DNA of 64,000 bases from an uncultured Actinomycetota bacterium. Lineage in GTDB: Bacteria; Actinomycetota; Actinomycetes; Mycobacteriales; SCTD01. Numbering within the stretch: position 1 is the first letter of the stretch; each line of letters opens with the position of its first letter. This document shows positions 13,339 to 27,463 of this stretch, one piece after another. The notes under the pieces were generated by a model, which had not been told where the DNA came from, ran no database searches, and was given only the letters and a program-made list of their open reading frames with translations. The position numbers were made by a program, and so were the translations under genes. The stretch spans positions 200,057 through 264,056 of the forward strand of contig CAVXIB010000001.1 in the NCBI GenBank assembly GCA_963761695.1. The letters run 5' to 3'.

Positions 13339-13964
13339 GCGATCGCCGGTCCGGACGGCGAGGGACCGGGTCGCCGTGCGGGCGTCTGCCGCAGCAGCCG
13401 GAACGCCACCTGGACGGCCGGTCCGATCCCGACGGCGAAGGCGAGCGTGCCCAGGCCGACGGGCCCGCCGAGCGCCACGCCGAGGACGAGCACGCCGCAC
13501 TCGAGCAGCGCACGGCAGCGGCCCACCGACCATCCCGTCCGCTGCACGAGCGCCACCATGAGGCCGTCGCGCGGCCCGGGGCCGAGGTGGGCGCCCAGGT
13601 AGAGGGCCGAGCCCACGGCGACCGTGGCGATGCCGGACGCCGTGGCGAGCAGCCGGAGGCCGACGGCGCGCTCGCCGAGGCCGGACAGGAAGCCCTGCCC
13701 GAGGAGCACGTCGACGGTGGCGCCGACGACGAACACGTTGAGCACCGTGCCGATCCCGGGACGGACGCGGCAGGCCAGCCCGACCAGCAGCACGACCACG
13801 GAGATGCCGATGGCGGTGCGGCCGAACGGGGTGCCGAGCTGCTGGGACAGCCCGCCGGTCAGGACGTCCCAGGGGCCGACGCCGAGCTCGGCCACCAGGC
13901 CGAGCCACAGGCCGGTGCCGAACAGGACCAGTCCGGCCATGAGCTTGACCAGGCGCCAGGTCAT
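13335..13964 (-). CDS. YczE/YyaS/YitT-family membrane protein
   Basis: LGVGPWDVLTGGL, RPGIGTVLN, LGPGPRDGLM, GPVGLGT. Confidence 0.88.
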   Translation of the reverse strand: MTWRLVKLMAGLVLFGTGLWLGLVAELGVGPWDVLTGGLSQQLGTPFGRTAIGISVVVLLVGLACRVRPGIGTVLNVFVVGATVDVLLGQGFLSGLGERAVGLRLLATASGIATVAVGSALYLGAHLGPGPRDGLMVALVQRTGWSVGRCRALLECGVLVLGVALGGPVGLGTLAFAVGIGPAVQVAFRLLRQTPARRPGPSPSGPAIA

Positions 13965-14896
13965 CGTCGTCCCCCGAGCCCGGAGACACCCACGGCGGCC
14001 AGGGTGAGCGCCACCCCCGCGACGGTGGCCGCGCCGATGCGGACCGGTCCCAGCGGCACGACGAGGTCGAGGGCGAGCGCCCCGATCACCTGGCCGGACA
14101 CGATGGCCAGGTTCATCCGCAGCACTCCCAGCGACCGGACCACCAGGGCGGCCACCGACACGAAGCCGACCCCGAGGACGCCACCGGTGTAGAGCCACCA
14201 GCTGCCGGGGCCCGGCCACGACGGGCTCGGCAGCCCGCTGTGCAGCAGGCGCAGGACGAGCCCGAGCACGAGCGCCCCGAGGCCGACCAGGAAGTTCAGC
14301 GTCGTGGTGACGGCGACGTCGCCCGTGGTGGCCCGGACGCGGCCGTTCAGGGCCGCGCCGACCGACAGCCCGAGGCCGGCCAGCAGCACGAGGACGAGCA
14401 GGACGGGGTCGGCCTCGCCGGCGCCTCCCGGCCCGGCCAGGCCCACGGCCACCAGGCACAGGGCGGCCCCGGCCACCCGGGGCGGCGCGAGGCGGTGGGC
14501 CTGTCCCGGGCCCAGGCCCACCCGGTCGACCAGCAGCCCGCCGACGGTCTGCCCCGCCACCAGGCCGAGCGTGAGCAGCGCGACGCCCAGGACCGGCACG
14601 GCCGCCGCCGACACCCCCACCAGCAGGGCCCCGCTCAGTCCGCCCGCCCGCTGCCAGACCGGCACGTCGCGGACCCGCGACCAGGCCGCGCGCGAGGCGG
14701 GCCGCCCCGCGGCGACGGCGCCGACCAGGACGAGCCCGCCCACGAAGGACACGACCGCGGCCAGCAGGGCGTCGTCGAGGGCGACGCGGAGCTGACCGTT
14801 GACCCGCGCCTGGACGGCGCCCGCCACACCGGCCCCGCCCGCGAGCAGCAGCGCGACGGTCGGCAGCGCCGTGCGTCCGGGTGGTGCCGCGAGCAC
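13961..14896 (-). CDS. DMT-superfamily transporter (YdcZ/DUF606-like, duplicated)
   Basis: AVQARVNGQL and GGLSGA motifs repeated in the second half; about 10 hydrophobic segments. Confidence 0.85.
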   Translation of the reverse strand: MLAAPPGRTALPTVALLLAGGAGVAGAVQARVNGQLRVALDDALLAAVVSFVGGLVLVGAVAAGRPASRAAWSRVRDVPVWQRAGGLSGALLVGVSAAAVPVLGVALLTLGLVAGQTVGGLLVDRVGLGPGQAHRLAPPRVAGAALCLVAVGLAGPGGAGEADPVLLVLVLLAGLGLSVGAALNGRVRATTGDVAVTTTLNFLVGLGALVLGLVLRLLHSGLPSPSWPGPGSWWLYTGGVLGVGFVSVAALVVRSLGVLRMNLAIVSGQVIGALALDLVVPLGPVRIGAATVAGVALTLAAVGVSGLGGRR

Positions 14897-14898
14897 CC

Positions 14899-15774
14899 CT
14901 ACTCGACGATCTTGCTGATCGGCAGCTCGAGGATGTCGCGGGCGCCGGCCGCCTTGAGCGCGGGGATGAGCGTGTTCACGCCCTTCTTCGGCACGACGGT
15001 CTCGACCGCCTTCATGTCCCCCGAGGCCAGCGGCATCACCGTGGGGCTGCTCATGGCCGGCAGCTCGGCCAGGACGGCCGCCAGTCCGGCGTCGGGGACG
15101 TTGAGCTTGAGGAGCACGTGGCCGCGGGCCCGCAGCGCGCCCTGCAGCAGCAGGGTGATGTCGTCCATGGCCGCCCGCTTGGCCGGGTCCTCGTAGGCGG
15201 CCCGGTTCGCCAGCAGCTGGGTGCGGCTGGTCAGGAGCGTGTCGATGATCTTGAGCCCGGCCTTGCGCAGGCTGCTGCCGGTCTCCGTGAGGTCGACGAT
15301 CGCGTCCACGATGTCCGGGATCTTGGCCTCGGTGGCCCCGTGGCTGGTGAAGACCTTGCCGTCGACGCCGTGCTCGGCCAGGAAGCGGCGCGTCGTCTCG
15401 GGCATCTCCGTGGAGATCCGCACCCCTGGCGGCAGGTCCGCGACGCTGTTCCAGGGCGACTCCTTCGGCACCGCCAGAACGACGCTGACCAGCGCCTCGC
15501 CGGCCCGTCCGCCACCGATCTCGCCGAGGCTGACGACGTCGGCGCCCGTCTCGGTGACCCAGTCGTGGCCGCTGATGCCGAGGTCGAAGATGCCCTGCTC
15601 GACGTAGGTGGGGATCTCCTGCGGCCGCAGGAAGCGCACCCGGTCGACGCGGGGGTCGTCGACCCGGGCCTGGTAGTCGCGGTCACCGCCCCGGATGACG
15701 GTCAGGTCGGCGCTGTCGAACAGCTCCAGGCACTGCTTCTCGAGGGAGCCCTTGGGCAGGACGAGGGAGAGCAA
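14899..15774 (-). CDS. hisG: ATP phosphoribosyltransferase (long form)
   Basis: LPKGSL, RPQEIP, GATEAKIP, DAIVDLTETGSSLR, and a C-terminal regulatory domain. Confidence 0.96.
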   Translation of the reverse strand: MLSLVLPKGSLEKQCLELFDSADLTVIRGGDRDYQARVDDPRVDRVRFLRPQEIPTYVEQGIFDLGISGHDWVTETGADVVSLGEIGGGRAGEALVSVVLAVPKESPWNSVADLPPGVRISTEMPETTRRFLAEHGVDGKVFTSHGATEAKIPDIVDAIVDLTETGSSLRKAGLKIIDTLLTSRTQLLANRAAYEDPAKRAAMDDITLLLQGALRARGHVLLKLNVPDAGLAAVLAELPAMSSPTVMPLASGDMKAVETVVPKKGVNTLIPALKAAGARDILELPISKIVE

Positions 15775-15776
15775 CG

Positions 15777-18150
<2,374 letters not shown>

Positions 18151-18151
<1 letters not shown>

Positions 18152-19223
18152 CACGTGCCTTCTCTCGGGGGTTGCGGGCGAAGTGTCAGTCTCACGTCGT
18201 CGCCGAGGCGCGTCACGTCCTCGAGACGCAACCGGAGCGCCCCGTCGATCGTTCCCACACCGAGGTCGCCGAGCGCCGCGGCACCGGCGCCGAGCAGCGC
18301 CGGAGCGACGTAGCCGACCACCCGGTCGACCAGCCCCGACCGCAGGAACGCCGCCGCCAGCGTCGGTCCGCCCTCGAGCAGCACGCTGACGACCCCCCGC
18401 CCGTGCAGGGCCGACAGCAGGGCGCGCAGGTCGACCCGGCCGTCGGGGCCGGGCGGCAGGTCCAGGGCGTCGTCGGCCCGGGCGCCGACCACGGCGTGCA
18501 GCGTCGGGGCGGCGTCGTCGAAGCAGCGGCTGTGGCGCGGCGCCCTGCGGCGGCTGTCGACGACCACGCGCAGCGGCTGCCGTCCGGGGTCGGGGCGCAC
18601 CGTCAGCTGCGGGTCGTCGGCGAGGACGGTCCCGATCCCGACGACCACCGCGTCGGCCTCGCGGCGCAGCCGGTGCACGTCGGCGCGGGCGGCGTCGCCG
18701 GTGATCCAGCGGCTGGTGCCGTCCGTGGCGGCGCTGCGGCCGTCGAGGGTGGCGGCGTACTTCCAGGTCACGAAGGGACGACCGGTGCCACGGCTGGTCA
18801 GCCACGCCTGCAGGGGGTCGCCGTCGGGCAGCACGGGCCTGGGCAGTGCGGTCCCGACGAGGTCGACCGTGACCCCGGCCGCGCGAAGCAGGCCGACACC
18901 GCCGCCGGCCAGCGGCGTCGGGTCGAGCGCGCCCACGACCACCCGGGCGACGCCGGCCGCGAGGACGGCGTCGGTGCACGGGCCGGTGCGGCCGGTGTGG
19001 GTACAGGGCTCCAGCGTGCACACGAGCGTCCCGCCGCGGGCCCGCTCCCCCGCCTACGCAGAGCCGTCGCCTCGGCGTGCGGACCACCGACCGGCGCCGT
19101 CGCGCCCTCACCGACGACGCGGCCGGCGACGTCGAGGACCACCGCGCCCACCGGCGGGTTGGGGCTGGTGGTCCCGAGCACGGACGCCGAGAGCGCGAGG
19201 GCCCGGCGCAGGTGCTGCTCCAC
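18151..19223 (-). CDS. ribD: Riboflavin biosynthesis deaminase/reductase (apparent frameshift near 19050)
   Basis: TSPNPPVGAV, HAE, TLEPCTHTGRTGPC, KYAATLDG, EGGPTLA. Confidence 0.95.
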
Positions 19224-19349
19224 GTCCCCTCCTCGTCCGAGGCGGACCGGGCGCGGCGCGCAGGTCCACGACACTGTGGCACGCAGCCCCCGTCCCGGCC
19301 GCCCGTGCGCGACGTGGCAACCGTCACGTCGGGGCGGACCGGTGCGGGC

Positions 19350-20006
19350 TCAGGCCGAGGCGGCGGCGCGCAGTCGCTGGATGGCCTCGGCGGGGTCGGC
19401 CGCCCCGTAGACGGCGCTCCCGGCGACGAGCACGTCGGCCCCCGCCTCGACGCACCGTTCGACGGTCGCAAGGCTCACGCCGCCGTCGACCTGGAGCCAG
19501 ACGTCGAGGTCACCGATCGCCGCCCGGGCCCGACGGATCTTGGGCAGGACGACGTCGAGGAACGCCTGCCCGCCGAAACCGGGCTCCACGCTCATGATCA
19601 GCAGCATGTCCATCTCGCCGAGCAGGTCGAGCCAGGGCTCGACGGGGGTCGCGGGCTTGAGCGCCATCCCGGCACGCGCCCCCTTGCGGCGCAGCTCCCG
19701 GGCCAGCCGGACCGGGGCCTTCGCGGCCTCGACGTGGAAGGTGACGCTGCCCGCGCCGGCCTCGGCGTAGGCCGGCGCCCACCGGTCCGGGTCCTCGATC
19801 ATCAGGTGGCAGTCCACCGGCGTCGTGGTGCTGCGCAAGATGGCCTCCACCACCGGCAGCCCGAGGGTCAGGTTGGGGACGAAGTGCCCGTCCATGACGT
19901 CGACGTGTGCCCAGTCGGCGGCACCCTCGATACGCGCCAGCTCGTCGGCGAGGCGGGCGAAGTCGGCGGACAGGATGCTGGGGTTGATCTGCAGATGACG
20001 GGACAT
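19350..20006 (-). CDS. rpe: Ribulose-phosphate 3-epimerase
   Basis: [37 protein letters not shown]. Confidence 0.97.
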   Translation of the reverse strand: MSRHLQINPSILSADFARLADELARIEGAADWAHVDVMDGHFVPNLTLGLPVVEAILRSTTTPVDCHLMIEDPDRWAPAYAEAGAGSVTFHVEAAKAPVRLARELRRKGARAGMALKPATPVEPWLDLLGEMDMLLIMSVEPGFGGQAFLDVVLPKIRRARAAIGDLDVWLQVDGGVSLATVERCVEAGADVLVAGSAVYGAADPAEAIQRLRAAASA

Positions 20007-20092
20007 ACCCCCATCCTGCCGTTGGTCGGGCCGGCGGGGGCCACGGTCGTCGTGGCCGGTACCAGCGGCGCCCGGCAGAATCAGGGGGGTTC

Positions 20093-21551
20093 GTGGGACC
20101 GGCCGGACTCGTGCGCACCGCGGTCCGGGCGCTGCACCCCCTCGTCGCGGCCCTCGACCCCTGCCCACCCGTCGGCGACGCCGACCAGGTGCTGGCACAG
20201 ACCCCGCACTTCTACGTCGCCCTCGACGACGACGGCGTGGTCCTGTCCTGGAACCAGGCCGCCACGGACCTGTTCGGGTACCCGCCTTCGTACGCCCTCG
20301 GCCGAAGCCTCGAGGACCTCATCGTCCCCGCGAGGCACCACGCGGCCCATCGGGCCGGCATCGAGCACTACCGCCGGACCGGCCGCGGGCGGGGCATCGG
20401 CAGCGCCGTCGAGGTCGAGGCCCTGCGGTCCGACGGGAGCGTGGTCCCGGTGTCGCTGAGCATCTGGGCCCAGCACTCCGGCTCGACCACGGTCTTCCAT
20501 GCCCTGGGCCACGACCTCAGCGGACGCCGCCGCAACGACGACGCCCTGCGGCTGCTCGCCCAGCACCGGCAGGCCCTCCTGGTCACCGACAGCCCGGTCG
20601 GGGTGCGCGACGTCCTGTGCCGGACGGTCCGCGAGGTCGCCTCGTGCGAAGGGGTCTACCTCTACGAGCCTGACGGCCGCCGGGAGGACGGCCTGCACGT
20701 CCGGCTCACGGCCCAGGCCACCACGCTCGGCGCCCCCGGTGCGAGCGGCGTCGTCCTCGACGACGCCCTGCTGGCCCAGCTCGACGACCGTGACGTGCTG
20801 TCCGGCCTCGCCCGCCCCGCCGTCCCCGGACGACCGTCGGGCCGGCGGGGGACGGGGGTCACCCCGGACCGCTTCACGGCCGCGGACGGGGCCGACGCCC
20901 TTCGCCGCACCGGCCTGCAGACCTTCGTCGTGCGGCCGCTGCGCCACGACGGTGAGCTGGTCGGCGTGCTGCTCCTCGGCTGGATCGCCGACCGCCGGCC
21001 GGTCGGCGACCCGCAGGTCCTGGACCTGCTCGCCTCCGAGGCGATCCTGGTCCTGGACAGGCTGTCGACGCACGCGCGGCTCCAGAGGGCCGCGCGGACC
21101 GATCCCCTGACCGGGGTCTGGAACCGTCGCGAGTGGGGGCTGCGGCTCGACGACGCGGTGCGCCGGGCCGAGCAGGACGGGACGCCGCTGACGCTGCTCG
21201 TGATGGACCTGGACCGCTTCAAGGCCTACAACGACGACCACGGCCACCCCGCGGGCGATGCCCTGCTGGTCGAGGCCACCGCGCGCTGGCAGGAGGTGGT
21301 GCCCGGCGAGGGGCTGGCCCGGACCGGTGGCGACGAGTTCGCGGTCGCGCTGCCCGGCCTCGACGCCACCGGGGGCGGAGGCGGTCGGACGGGCGCTGCA
21401 GGACGTGACGCCGGTGGCGGTGGGACTGACGCTGGGCCTGGCCGAGCGCGCGAACGGCGAGTCCAGCGACCAGCTTCTGCGCCGGGCCGATGCCGACCTC
21501 TACGTGCGCAAGCGGGCCCGCCCGGTCAGGGCCGACGGCGCAGCAGGCTGA
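20093..21551 (+). CDS. PAS-GAF-GGDEF diguanylate cyclase (apparent frameshift near 21375)
   Basis: PAS ([11 protein letters not shown]), GAF-like middle region, [34 protein letters not shown], and [10 protein letters not shown] in the shifted frame. Confidence 0.88.
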
Positions 21552-22937
21552 GGTGCATGGCGTCGGTGCCGTGCCGGTGCGGCCACAGCTGCACGGCGGG
21601 CCCGGCGCCGAGGTCGGGGACGCCGGCCAGGAGCGGTCGGGCATCGAGCTGCTCGAGACCGGGATGACGCCGCAGGGCGTCCAGAACGGGGACCACGGTC
21701 TCGGCCAGGTGCGGGCTGCAGGTCGCGTACAGCAGGACGCCGCCCGGACGGAGCAGCCGGACGGCGGCGTCGAGCAGCTCGCCCTGCAGCCGGGTCAGGC
21801 CGGGCAGGTCCGCCGGCTGCCGCCGCCACCGGGCCTCGGGCCGGCGGCGCAGGGCACCGAGCCCGCTGCACGGCGCATCGAGCAGCACGCGGTCGGCCGA
21901 GCCGTCCCGCAGCGGCAGCGCGCGGCTGTCGGTGGTGAGCACGTGGCGCACCCCGGACTGGCGCACCAGCCGGGCCCGGTGGGGCTGCACCTCGCACGCG
22001 AGCAAGGTCGCGCCGACGTCGTCGCCCAGGGCCTGCAGCAGGCTGGCCTTGCCGCCCGGTCCGGCGCACAGGTCGACCCAGAGCCGGTCGGGCCCCTCGA
22101 GCGGGGCCGCAGCGAGGGCGAGGGCGACGAGCTGGCTGCCCTCGTCCTGCACGCCGGCGCTGCCGTCCCGCACCGCCCGCAGGTCCCCCGGGTCGCCGCC
22201 CTCCTCCAGCCGGACGGCGTAGGGCGACCACGGGCCGGGCGTGCCGCCGCTGGCGGCGAGCAGGTCGTCCCGGCGCGCCGTCCGGGCGACCAGGTGCACC
22301 TGCGGGCGGGCGTCGTCGGCCGCCAGCGCCTGCCCGGCCTGCTCGAGGTCGCCGCCCAGCGCGTCCCGGAAGGCCTGGGCGATCCAGCGGGGGTGGCTGT
22401 GTCGCAGGGCCAGCGCGGCGAGGGGGTCGGACGGGTTCTCGAGCTCGGCGAGCCAGCCGTCGAGGTCACGCGCCGCGACCTTGCGCAGCACGGCGTTGAC
22501 GAAGGCCGCGGGTCCGGCGGTGGTCACGCGGCGGGCGAGGTCGACGGTGGCGCTGACCGCCGCGTGCACCGGCGTGCGCATCCGCAGCAGCTGGTGGGCC
22601 CCGAGCCGCAGCACGTCGAGCACCGGGGGGTCGACCCGCGCCAGGGGGCGGTCGACGCACTCCTGCAGCACGGCGTCGAGCAGGCCCTGCCCGCGCAGGG
22701 CGCCGTAGGCCAGCTCCGTGGCGAAGGCCGCGTCCCGGGTGTCCAGCCGCCGCGCGCGCAGCAGGCCGGGCAGGACGAGGTTGGCGTAGGCGTCCCGCTC
22801 CCGGACGGCCTTGAGGACGTCGAAGGCGGCCTGCGCGCGGGTCGCGGGGGCCGGGCTGGGTGTGCGCAGCTGGGGGCGCTTGCGCGCCGCGTTGGCCCGG
22901 CCCTTGCCGCGCCGCCGCGGGTGGGTCGGGGGCTCAC
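21526..22937 (-). CDS. rsmB: 16S rRNA m5C967 methyltransferase (NusB-like + RsmB/Sun; probable indel near 5' end)
   Basis: [46 protein letters not shown]. Confidence 0.92.
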
Positions 22938-23845
22938 GCGAAGGCCTCGCCGTCGCCGGGTCGCAGCCCGCGCAGCCAGTCGGCGGCCCCATCGCGCCCT
23001 TGCCCTCGGGCCGCACCTCGCCCAGGCGGACCGCGTCGGTGGCCGTTCCCACGAGGTCGCCCTCGAGCGCGCCCGGGCGCGAGGCGCTCCTCGGTGTGCG
23101 CCACCGGACCGAGCTTGACGCGGCGTGCCGCGCAGGGTCGTCCAGGCCCCCGGGCGCAGGGGTGCAGGCCCGGACCAGCCGGTCGACCCGCAGGGCCGGC
23201 GCCGACCAGTCGACCCGGGCGTCGTCCACCGAGATCTTCGGGGCCAGCGAGACGCCGTCGGCCGGCTGTGGCACGGCCTGGACCTCGCCGGCCTCGAGCC
23301 CGTCGAGCACCGCCGCGAGCAGTCCGGCGCCGGCGGTCGGCGAGCCGGTCGAGCAGGTCGGCCGAGGTGTCGGTGGGGCGGACCGACTCGGTGAGCACGC
23401 CGAAGACCGGACCGGTGTCGAGCCCCTCCTCGAGCCGGAAGACCGAGGCGCCGGTGGTCTCGTCGCCGGCGAGCAGGGCGTGCTGCACCGGGGCGGCGCC
23501 GCGCCAGGCCGGCAGGAGCGAGAAGTGCAGGTTGACCCAGCCGAGCCGGGGGACGTCCAGTGCACTCCGGGGGACGAGCGCGCCGTAGGCCACGACGGGG
23601 CAGCAGTCCGGGGCGATCTCCCGCAGTCGCTGCTGGAAGTCGTCCTCGCGCGGGTGGCGCGGCGTGAGGACCTCGAGCCCGTGCTGCTCGGCGAGCTCAC
23701 GGACGGGGCTCGGCCGCAGCGACCGTCCCCGCCCGGCCGGCGCGTCCGGGCGGGTGATGACGGCCGCGACCTCGTGCCGACTGTCCAGCAGCGCCTGCAG
23801 CGAGGGCAGCGCCGGAGCGGGGGTGCCCGCGAAGACGAGCCTCAC
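22934..23845 (-). CDS. fmt: Methionyl-tRNA formyltransferase (apparent frameshifts at ~23060-23340)
   Basis: [41 protein letters not shown]. Confidence 0.95.
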   Translation of the reverse strand: MRLVFAGTPAPALPSLQALLDSRHEVAAVITRPDAPAGRGRSLRPSPVRELAEQHGLEVLTPRHPREDDFQQRLREIAPDCCPVVAYGALVPRSALDVPRLGWVNLHFSLLPAWRGAAPVQHALLAGDETTGASVFRLEEGLDTGPVFGVLTESVRPTDTSADLLDRLADRRRRTARGGARRARGRRGPGRATAGRRRLAGPEDLGGRRPGRLVGAGPAGRPAGPGLHPCARGPGRPCAARRVKLGPVAHTEERLAPGRARGRPRGNGHRRGPPGRGAARGQGRDGAADWLRGLRPGDGEAFA

Positions 23846-23855
23846 CGCCGAGGCC

Positions 23856-24399
23856 TCAGCGGGCCCGCCCGAACAGCGGGTGCGGGCTCTGCTTGACCGT
23901 GACCGGCTGGGCCCAGTCGGCCAGGCGCACGGCCTCGAGCGCTGCCCGCTTGGTCTCGGGATCAAGCCGGTCGACGAACAGGATCCCGTCGAGGTGGTCG
24001 GTCTCGTGCTGGACGCAGCGCGCCAGCAGGTCGCGAGCCCTCGATCGTGACCGGGTCGCCGTAGACGTTCTGCCCGTGCGCGACGACGTGCTGCCGGCGA
24101 CGGCAGTCGAAGGTGAGGTCGGGCAGCGACAGGCAGCCCTCGGGCCCGTCCTGCTCCTCCTCGCTCGGGAAGTGCAGCACCGGGTTGATGAGGTGGCCGT
24201 AGGTCTCGTCGACGTCGTAGACGAAGACCCGCAGCGCCACGCCGATCTGCGGCGCCGCCAGGCCGACGCCGGGAGCGTCCAGCATCGTGTCGGTGAGGTC
24301 CTTGACGAGGCGGCGCAGCTCCTTGTCGAACGTGGTGACCACGGCGGCGGGGGTGCGCAGGACGGGGTCGCCCATGAGGCGGATCGCTCGGGTGCTCAC
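23856..24399 (-). CDS. def: Peptide deformylase (apparent frameshift near 24040)
   Basis: [15 protein letters not shown], and QHETDHLDG in the shifted frame. Confidence 0.96.
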
Positions 24400-24415
24400 C
24401 CGGCGAGTCTAGGCG

Positions 24416-26427
24416 TCAGAGCAGGGCCGCCGGGTCGAGCTCGATCCGCACGGCGAGGCCTTGCGCGCGCTGCGACGGGCCGCCGCGCGCCTGCAGGGCC
24501 GCGGCCAGCTCTGCACCTCGCTCGCGCGGGACCCGCACCAGCAGGCGCTCGCGGTCCGGGTCGCCGCGCCGAGGTCACCGGACCGAGGACGTCGGCGCCG
24601 TCCGGCAGGGCCAGGTCGGCGAGGACTCGGCGAGCGCCTGCGGCGGACCCGTCGACCACGGCCATGCGGGTGGCCGGGGGGAAGCGGAGCTCGGCCCGCG
24701 CGGCGAGCTCGCGCTCGGCCGCCCCGGTGGGGTCCCAGCGCACCAGCGCCTGCACCGGTACCAGCCCCCGGTCGGCGACGACCACGACCCGTCCTCCCTC
24801 CGAGGCGGGCCGGGCGAGCGCGGCGGCTGCGGCCCAGCGGCGCAGCGCCTCCTCCCCGGCCCGCAGCTCGGCGCGGCCCAGCGCCGCCCAGCCGTCGAGC
24901 AGCAGGACCGCCCCGTAGGCCGACGCCACCGGCTCGGCGCCCGGCGTGCAGACGACCAGGGACGCCGCCGCGGGACGCCTCGTCGAGCACACCCTCGCGC
25001 CCGCTGGTGCGCACCGGCACTCCCGGGAAGGCGCGCCCCAGCTCCTCGGCGGTGCGCCGGGCCCCGACGACGACCGCGCGCAGCGCGCGGCCCCCGCACG
25101 CGGGGCAGGTCCAGGCCCCCGCGAGCCGGCCGCACCAGCCGCAGCCCGCCACGGCCGATCTCGCCGTCGTGAGAAGCGGGCCGGAGCACGCCGGGCAGCG
25201 GGCGGGGGTGCGGTCCCGCGCGCAGGCCAGGCTGGGCACGTAGCCCCGCCGGGGCACCTGGACCAGCACCGGCTCGTCACGGGCCAGCGCCTCACGGGCG
25301 GCGGCGAAGGCCGCGGCCGGGAGCCGGGCGGCGCGGGCGAGGGGGTCGCGGGCGAGGTCGTCGTCGGAGACCCCCTCGACCCGGGGAGCCGCCGCGCGCA
25401 CCTGCCCGCGGTCGGCCTCGAGCGGCCGGGCCCAGCCGCTGTCCACGAGCAGCTGCCCCTCGGCGGTGCGGACGTGTCCCCCGACCAGAGCGCCCGCTCC
25501 GGTCAGGTGCGCCCGCAGGACGAGCACGTCGCGGACGGTGCAGTACGGGGCGCGCGGCTCGGCGTGCCCGTCGTCGCCGTCGTCCCAGACGACGACGAGC
25601 CCGAGGTCGGCCACCGGCGCCCAGGCCGCCGCACGGGTGCCGATCGCGACGCGGACCGCGCCCCGCCTGACCGACAGCCACCGGCGGTACCGCTCCGCCG
25701 GGCCGAGGTCGGCGGACAGCACGGCGTGCGGGAGGTCGTCGAGGGCGGCGGACAGCCGGGCGACGTCGCGGCCGTCGGGCAGCACGACCACGGCCCCCCT
25801 CCCCGAGGCGGCACAGGCCCGGACGGCCGCCGCCAGCTCGGCCGGCCAGCCGAGGGCACCGGGCAGGGCGGACCACACCGCCCGGGGCGACCGGCCCTGC
25901 GCCAGGGCCTGGAGCAGACCGGGTCCGGCGGGGTAGCGGGCCCAGCCGCCCGGCGCGGGCGCTGCGGCCGGTTCCGGCGGTGCTGCGGGCCCGCGGGGCG
26001 GCTCCGCCTCGACGCGGGCGTGCCGCGGGGGGAGTGCCAGCCGCAGCACGTCGTAGAGCGACCCGGCCCAGCGGTCCGCCGCGGCCCGGGCCAGAACCGC
26101 CACCTCCTCGGACAGCACCGGCTCGGGGCTGACCAGCGAGGCGAGCGGGGCCAGGGCCCGCCCGCTGTCCGAGCGCTCGGCCCGGGCCAGGACGACGCCG
26201 TCCACGAGCCGTCCGGCGAAGCGGACCCGGACCCGGCACCCCGCGACCGCGGTGTCGGCGACCGACGCCGGTACCGCGTAGTCGAAGACCCGGTCCAGGT
26301 GCGCCAGGCCACTGTCGACCGCGACGCGCGCGACCGGCAGCAGCGCGGCGATCGGCGCCGCGGTCCTGGCCCGCGCGGGGCGCGGGGCGAGCCCGGGCAG
26401 CGCGGGCTCGGGCGGGGCTGGGGTCAC
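24416..26427 (-). CDS. priA: Primosomal protein N' (actinobacterial form; several apparent frameshifts at the 3' end)
   Basis: HLDRVFDY, VRVRFAGR, GTRAAAWAP, VPRRGY, zinc-finger cysteines, GARRTAEELGRAFP, C-terminal RIELDP. Confidence 0.92.
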
Positions 26428-26433
26428 GGCGCG

Positions 26434-26455
26434 AGGCTAGGACGGGGGTCGGACA
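26434..26455 (-). promoter_or_regulatory. PafBC/RecA-NDp-like promoter for priA (leaderless)
   Basis: Minus strand TGTCCG-N10-TAGCCT-N6-GTG. Confidence 0.6.
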
Positions 26456-26484
26456 GATCCGGCCGCGGCGTTGCACCCCGAACC

Positions 26485-26506
26485 TGTCGGTGGCCGCACG
26501 TACCGT
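26485..26506 (+). promoter_or_regulatory. PafBC/RecA-NDp DNA-damage promoter for the RecB-family nuclease (leaderless)
   Basis: TGTCGG-tggccgcacg(N10)-TACCGT-N7-ATG, an exact match to TGTCGG-N10-TANNNT. Confidence 0.8.
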
Positions 26507-26513
26507 CGTCGCC

Positions 26514-27398
26514 ATGACCGCCGTCGACCTCGAGCTCCCCGTCCTGGGCTCGCTCAGCCCGTCGCGGGCGGGTGATTTCATGACCTGCCCGCTGCTGTTC
26601 CGCTACCGCACCATCGACCGGCTCCCCCAGGCACCGTCGTCGGCCGCCACCCGCGGCACCGTCGTCCACGGCGTGCTCGAGCGCCTGTTCGACCTGCCCG
26701 CCGCCGAGCGCACGGTGCAGGCGGCGGCCGCCCTGCTGCGGCCGGAGTGGGAGCGCCTGCGCGACGCCGAGCCGGAGGTCGCCGGCCTGTTCGCGGACGA
26801 GACCGAGCTGCAGACCTGGCTCGACTCGGCCCGCACCCTGCTCGAGGGGTACTTCACCCTGGAGGACCCCACCCGCCTGGAGCCGGCCGAGCGCGAACGC
26901 CTCGTCCAGGTGGTGCTCCCCGGGGGGCTGCGGCTGCGCGGCATCGTGGACCGCCTGGACGTCTCCCCCAGCGGCGAGGTCCGGGTCGTCGACTACAAGT
27001 CCGGCCGCAGTCCGGGTGAGGCGTTCGAGGGCAAGGCCCTGTTCCAGATGAAGTTCTACGCACTGGTCCTGTGGCGGACCACCGGTCGGGTTCCCCGACT
27101 GCTGCAGCTGCTCTACCTCGGTGACCGCGAGGTCCTGCGGTATGCCCCGGACGAGGCCGACCTGGTGGCCACCGAGCGCAAGCTGCTGGCCCTGTGGACC
27201 GCGATCGAGCGGGCGACGCAGCTGCGGGAGTTCGTCGCGCGTCCCTCCAAACTGTGCGGCTGGTGCGACCACCAGGCGCTGTGCCCGTCCTTCGGGGGCA
27301 CGCCCCCGCCCTTCCCCGACGTCGTGCCCGGCCCGGACGTCCCGCTCCCGCACCAGGCGGCCGCGGTCGAGCGGGAGGCGGCGCGCACGCTCGGCTGA
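26514..27398 (+). CDS. RecB-family PD-(D/E)xK exonuclease with Fe-S cysteines (Rv2119-like)
   Basis: [49 protein letters not shown]. Confidence 0.9.
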   Translation: MTAVDLELPVLGSLSPSRAGDFMTCPLLFRYRTIDRLPQAPSSAATRGTVVHGVLERLFDLPAAERTVQAAAALLRPEWERLRDAEPEVAGLFADETELQTWLDSARTLLEGYFTLEDPTRLEPAERERLVQVVLPGGLRLRGIVDRLDVSPSGEVRVVDYKSGRSPGEAFEGKALFQMKFYALVLWRTTGRVPRLLQLLYLGDREVLRYAPDEADLVATERKLLALWTAIERATQLREFVARPSKLCGWCDHQALCPSFGGTPPPFPDVVPGPDVPLPHQAAAVEREAARTLG

Positions 27399-27463
27399 GC
27401 CCCCGTCGGGCGCGCGTCCGGAACGCCCGGCCGGCCCGCCAGGACCCGCTACGCTCCGCCGCG

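Noticed and set aside
19224-19349. FMN riboswitch upstream of ribD
   Set aside because: The ~125 nt gap lacks the conserved RFN sequences (e.g. GGGGTGAAATTCCC.ACCGGCGGT).
26514-27398. Cas4-like nuclease suggesting a CRISPR-Cas locus
   Set aside because: No repeat-spacer array or other cas genes anywhere in the window; it matches the stand-alone actinobacterial RecB-family exonuclease.
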